NCBI GenBank assembly: GCA_964016885.1
Contig: OZ024751.1
Coordinates: forward strand, 44,640,001 to 44,704,000
Reading direction: 5' to 3'
Origin: Eledone cirrhosa
Lineage: Eukaryota
DNA: 64,000 nt
Position 1 is the stretch's first letter. Each line of letters starts with the position of its first letter. A program made the position numbers and the translations under genes. Below are positions 57,425 to 64,000 of this stretch, one piece after another. The notes under the pieces were generated by a model. It was not told where the DNA came from. It did no database searches and was given only the letters and a program-made list of their open reading frames with translations.

Positions 57425-57641
57425 GATGAATATAAGTCAGTAGAGTGCTCAACCGAGGGAGCCAAATAGTAATAATAATAAATTTGAAGACTAAAATCCA
57501 AAGAGGGCTCGATAAGGATAAATATATATCAAATATATAAGAACCGTAGAGCAAATATTTATTAAAATAACAGATTATATATATATGTATATATATATGT
57601 ATATATATATAGGTATATATATATATATATATATCTATATA

Positions 57642-57697
<56 letters not shown>

Positions 57698-58190
57698 TAG
57701 AAGACTTCCCCTTATATACAATAGCCTTTTTCCTATCTGTGGGTCTATACGGCCCATTATTATTATTAGACTATTTAACTGTGTGAGCTTCAAAAATACA
57801 CACAATAGTCATACATGTATGTATTTTTGTACGTGTGTATGTATATTTGTATACATTTATGTAGGTAAGTAGGTATGTATCTATGTGGATATATGACTGC
57901 TAATACAGGTAGGGAACTAATAAATAAATAGGTATCTATTTAAACAGGTAAGGTTAAAGATAAAATGTGAAAAACCCAAATTTTCTGGACTATACAGAAA
58001 TAAACACGTTTACATACATACATACACACTCATACACATACATATATACACACATACATACGTACATACTCATACATATACATACATATATACATACATA
58101 ACAGATTTGCACACAGATGTACATAAATATAAATACACACACACAAATATATTTATTTGTACATAAATATCTTCTCTCTCTCTCTCTCTC

Positions 58191-58241
<51 letters not shown>

Positions 58242-58307
58242 ATATATAGATATATATGCATATATATACATATATATATATATATAGATATATATGCATA
58301 TATATAC

Positions 58308-58462
<155 letters not shown>

Positions 58463-58992
58463 TGTATGTTTGCACGTATCTATGAGTGTGTTTATGAATG
58501 TATGCATATATTTACGTATGTATCCATATATGTATGAAGAGGAAAAAATAATATGAAATATGACTTTTGATAGGCGGCAAATAATGTTTAGTTGACATAG
58601 CCATTGTCTGCTGGCGTCTTTCAGACTTTCTATATCTTGCCAACCTAGACTCGTCCGTATTCATCTAGAGCGTAATATTTATGATGGAATCAGTCTATGT
58701 TAAGCAGATGGGAAAACAAAGAAAGGCGTGTAGGAGTTAGGAATTTTTTAAATAAATTAAATAGGAATAAACAAAATGCGTATATATATATATATATATA
58801 TGCATATATATATGTGTGTGTTTTTGTGTGTGTGTGTGTATACATGTATGTGTATGTATATATATATATATATATATATACATTATATATACATATATAT
58901 GTGTGTGTGTGTGTGTGTATACATATATGTGTATATATACAATATATATAAATACATGTATATCTAATATAAATATATATATGTTTATATAA

Positions 58993-59102
<110 letters not shown>

Positions 59103-59251
59103 GTGTGTGTGTACAAACAACGATAGGAATGTATAAATAATTAACTTATATAACATAAAGAGGGTCGTTAAATGCAAACACATACACTCTCATATACATA
59201 CATACACCCACACAATCACATACACACGCGCGCGCACACACACACACACTT

Positions 59252-59326
<75 letters not shown>

Positions 59327-60108
59327 CAGGATGTAAGACAAAGAGAAAGTGCTCAATCTAGTACAATTGAGCCTATTTGGTTTTTATTGATGTTCACACA
59401 TTTAACATACGCTACCTTAGAGTTCTGGATTCAGTTATGACTACAAATATATAGTGGTGTAGCATTTCTAAATCTGGACCTTGAAACCTATGGTAGCGTA
59501 CATATATTACCTCTCCAATATTGGGCCTTGAAACCCTAGGTAGCGCTTTGGTTCCGCGTATAAACGTTAATACATGATATAATATAGGAACTCTCTTCCC
59601 AATTTAACACTGTCTTCTTTTTTCCTTTCTCTTTTTTCATACCTTTCTACTTACATATATATATATATGTGTGTATGTGTGTGTAGGTGTGTGTGTGCGT
59701 GTGCGTATGTATGTGTGCTTGTGTGATTGTGTGTGAATGTGTGTATTTATGTTTATATATATATTTAAATATACATAGAATGAGCCCCTCATCCCTGCTT
59801 TTGTGTTGTCAATGTATGTATGTATAAATATACTTATATATATATATATATATATAAGTATGTGTGTGTGTGTGTGTGTGTGTTACGTAATTCCAAAGGA
59901 AAAGCAAAGGAAAAAAGAGTGCTCTATGTATAGAACAGAGCGGGTTCATTTTTAACTTCCCATTTTTAACAAATTTTAAATCTCATTTCATATCTTTTAT
60001 CTATAACATCTCTGTCTAACGACCGATCCAGACGTATATTATTATCGTCTGTGATCCAGAAACCTTTGGTAATGGAGTAGTTATATTTTGTGTTGTTCAC
60101 TTTCTAAT

Positions 60109-60176
<68 letters not shown>

Positions 60177-60517
60177 AATAATGGAGCTGCGGCGTTGCAA
60201 ATGGGTTACATATGATAAAGTTTGTCCTTCATCAGTGATCTTCCAACCATCTTTAAAGCGATGAAATGCCTATGATGGTTGGAAGATCACTGATGAAGGA
60301 CAAACTTTTTCATATATATATATATATATATATATGTATGCATACATATATATATATATACATATATATATACATACATACATATGTATATATATATATA
60401 TATATATATATTGAAATTTCGTATTTCGAAAGAAATACGGGCTTAGGAAGCCGTAGCTATGCAATCACCGGAGGGGGTAACGCCCTCTGGTGATGTCCAG
60501 CAGAAGCAAGGGGGACA

Positions 60518-60561
60518 ACCGTCTATGCATTTCAGGCTTAACTGGCCTTCTTCAGGCCGAT
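60518..60561 (-). ncRNA. Minimal type I hammerhead within a structured GC-rich segment
   Basis: Minus strand ATCGGC CTGAAGA AGGC cagttaa GCCT GAA ATGCAT A GACGGT: canonical core, palindromic stem III, stem I with one mismatch. Confidence 0.75.
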
Positions 60562-61057
60562 CCCTCCCATGGCTTGCGACTGCTGGACCAGAAGACAGCC
60601 GAGAATGTATAGTTTCCTCGTCTATGTAAATGAGGTGATTAATCTCATTTGCATATGAAGCTGCATAAGTTGGCTCAATTATAATAGAAAAGAAATAGGA
60701 TTTCGCTTCGTGGGTTCGTACGTATGTAGGGTGTGTGTATATGTGTACTTCGTGTTTTGGTTGACGTATGTCTCCGAACATTTGTGTACTTACATGTAGG
60801 TATGTGTGTGAGTTCGTTATATACGTATTTATTTATTTATATACGTTTATTTAATTATTTGTATACACGCACGCACACACACACATATTTATATGTGCGT
60901 GTATTTGTATACCTATGGCGAGTGTTTTGCGTATGCTTGTGTATGTACGTATTTCGATGCGTGTATGTATTTATTTAATTTCTATTACCTCTGTATTTTA
61001 TTTACTTTATTCTTACCTCTCAAGCGGAGAATCATTAGGTTTCCTTGTTAGAATTTT

Positions 61058-61568
61058 AGTCTACGACTTCAGTTATACATACCATTTACGTGGTTTGTCA
61101 TTGCGGCGTGCAATTGTTCTCCACGCTCCACATATGACGTATTATCTTCGTTCTCTCCGTTCATTGCCAGAGAACGTCTCTATGAACCACCTAAGAGAAT
61201 ATCAGTCTACGACTTCTTTTATACCATAAACGTGGTTCTGTCTTTGCGCGTAATTGTTTTTCACCGCTCCTAATAATGACGTATTATATTCGTTTTTTCC
61301 TGTTCTTTGCCAGGGAACGTTTCCACGAACCAAAGTATCGTCTTCCTGTCTTCCTCCGGTTGCAACGCTTTTTGAAATATCCACTTCTGCGTTTACAGAT
61401 TGACTTTGTTAGTTTCAGAAGATCCCGTTAAGGGTGAAAGCAACGATTCTTTGCTTAAACTTTAATCTGTTATTTTAATAAATATTTGCTCTACGGTTCT
61501 TATATATTTGACATATATTTATCCTTATCGAACCCTCTTTGGATTTTAGTCTTCAAATTTATTATTAT

Positions 61569-61574
<6 letters not shown>
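61058..61574 (+). mobile_element. 3' fragment (pLTR) of a relative of the Naiad-like PLE
   Basis: ~61315-61574 is near-identical to the reverse complement of 54955-55211 and ends at the same TTATTACTAT/(TA)n point. The upstream part differs and has a diverged ~147-bp tandem duplication. Confidence 0.8.
61411..61461 (+). ncRNA. Candidate type I hammerhead ribozyme (variant core CAGAAGA), second copy
   Basis: AGTTT CAGAAGA T CCC gttaa GGG T GAAA GCAA cgattct TTGC TT AAACT: perfect 5-bp stem I and 5-bp stem III. Confidence 0.7.
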
Positions 61575-62336
<762 letters not shown>

Positions 62337-62570
62337 CGTGTGTATATAAATATATTCCAATGTTGACGTGTTGTATATGATATTCTATCGGTTACTGATT
62401 CTTCGTCAGGCAACTGTTTACCGAAACGTGTGAAATCCTAAAATGACAGATCACAACTATTGCGTAACATTATATCACAATTTTCGTTATGCAATCTATA
62501 TCGCTTTAATAATTCATGAGAATATCATTACCAAATAACACATCCAATACACACATTTGTATAAATATAA

Positions 62571-62626
<56 letters not shown>

Positions 62627-62654
62627 TATACATACATAGATAAACATATGTATA

Positions 62655-62723
<69 letters not shown>

Positions 62724-62726
62724 ACA

Positions 62727-62799
<73 letters not shown>

Positions 62800-63045
62800 A
62801 CATATATGTATGTGTGAATGAGAATGATTTAAAATATATTGTCAGATCAAAGCAAATTCGTGATATTAAGAAATATCTTGCTTGGAAAATAATCGATTTG
62901 GTAACATTGACGGTACTTTTATTTCAAATATATATTTGGTTAATGTTCATTATGCTATCCATTTATGGGTAGTTTCGTGTATATTTTAATTAATATGTGA
63001 TGAAAGCAGAATATTATATATATATCTGTGTGTGTGTGTATATCG

Positions 63046-63079
<34 letters not shown>

Positions 63080-63102
63080 TATATGTATATATATATATAT
63101 TA

Positions 63103-63212
<110 letters not shown>

Positions 63213-63251
63213 ATGTATGTATGAATGTATATATATAGATCGATAAAGATA

Positions 63252-63290
<39 letters not shown>

Positions 63291-63358
63291 GGATAGATAT
63301 ATATTTAGATATATAAATATAAATATTATATATGTATGTATATATATATATATATAAT

Positions 63359-63416
<58 letters not shown>

Positions 63417-63501
63417 TAATATTTATATTTATATATCTAAATGTATATATATATATCTATATCTATATCTTTATCGATCTATATATATACATTCATACAT
63501 A

Positions 63502-63592
<91 letters not shown>

Positions 63593-63616
63593 GCACACAC
63601 ACACACACGCACACAT

Positions 63617-63662
<46 letters not shown>

Positions 63663-63804
63663 AAAGAGAAGAGGAAGAGTTGTAGAAGAAACGCTCAGTC
63701 ATATATGTTGATGTCGTTGATTCATTTATTGATTACAGGTGATTCGATATACTGCGTCATAGCCTATGTAATCTGTATTATCCATTATCCATTACTTCAT
63801 ATTG

Positions 63805-64000
63805 CGGGAGGGCAGTGGCTTGGCGGTATATGTGGAGCGTCGGATAACATGCTTCGTGGCATATAGTTACGTCCTTTTACGTTCGGATTTCAAACCACGC
63901 CGAGGTTAGCTTTGCATTGCATCCTTAAGGAGTTGATAAAATAAAGTACCAGTAACGCACTGGTTTCGATTTAATTGACTTTCCCCTCTCCACAAATTGT
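63805..64000 (+). mobile_element. SINE family 1 variant running off the window end
   Basis: GGCAGTGGCTTGGCGG head, GATTTCAAACC, GATAAAATAAAGTACCAG. Confidence 0.7.

Larger units (their letters stand above)
54955..57577 (-). mobile_element. Penelope-like retroelement (Naiad-like), apparently full length, inserted in a (TA)n array
   Basis: Contains the 709-aa RT+GIY-YIG ORF. A 110-bp direct terminal repeat (54955-55064 vs 57468-57577, one mismatch seen) gives a pseudo-LTR arrangement. (TA)n on both flanks; HHR-like motif in the 3' repeat region. Confidence 0.93.

Overview
Eukaryotic, repeat-dominated, AT-rich DNA with no prokaryotic gene organisation. The microsatellite load and SINE family suggest a cephalopod (Octopus-like) genome, but that is recall-based inference. 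Nearly all ORFs in the track are microsatellite translations. Supportable content: one apparently intact Penelope-like retroelement (RT + GIY-YIG, Naiad-like, 54955-57577, minus strand), a second truncated Naiad-like element, three 5'-truncated RTE LINE fragments, one internally deleted Tc1 element, tRNA-derived SINEs (some with 15-bp TSDs), a 45-bp minisatellite, and several candidate minus-strand host exons. The main signal is that the (TA)n arrays hold many short elements from several unrelated families with one shared architecture: tail-out inverted duplications with one long and one short arm, family-specific endpoints at TA microhomologies, and hand-foldable type I hammerhead ribozymes (HHRs). 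The HHRs include U3-A8 covariant and CAGAAGA core variants and occur in two ~600-nt retrozyme-like units. Several fold-back or truncation points fall on hammerhead stems. All folds and alignments were done by eye and need computational confirmation.
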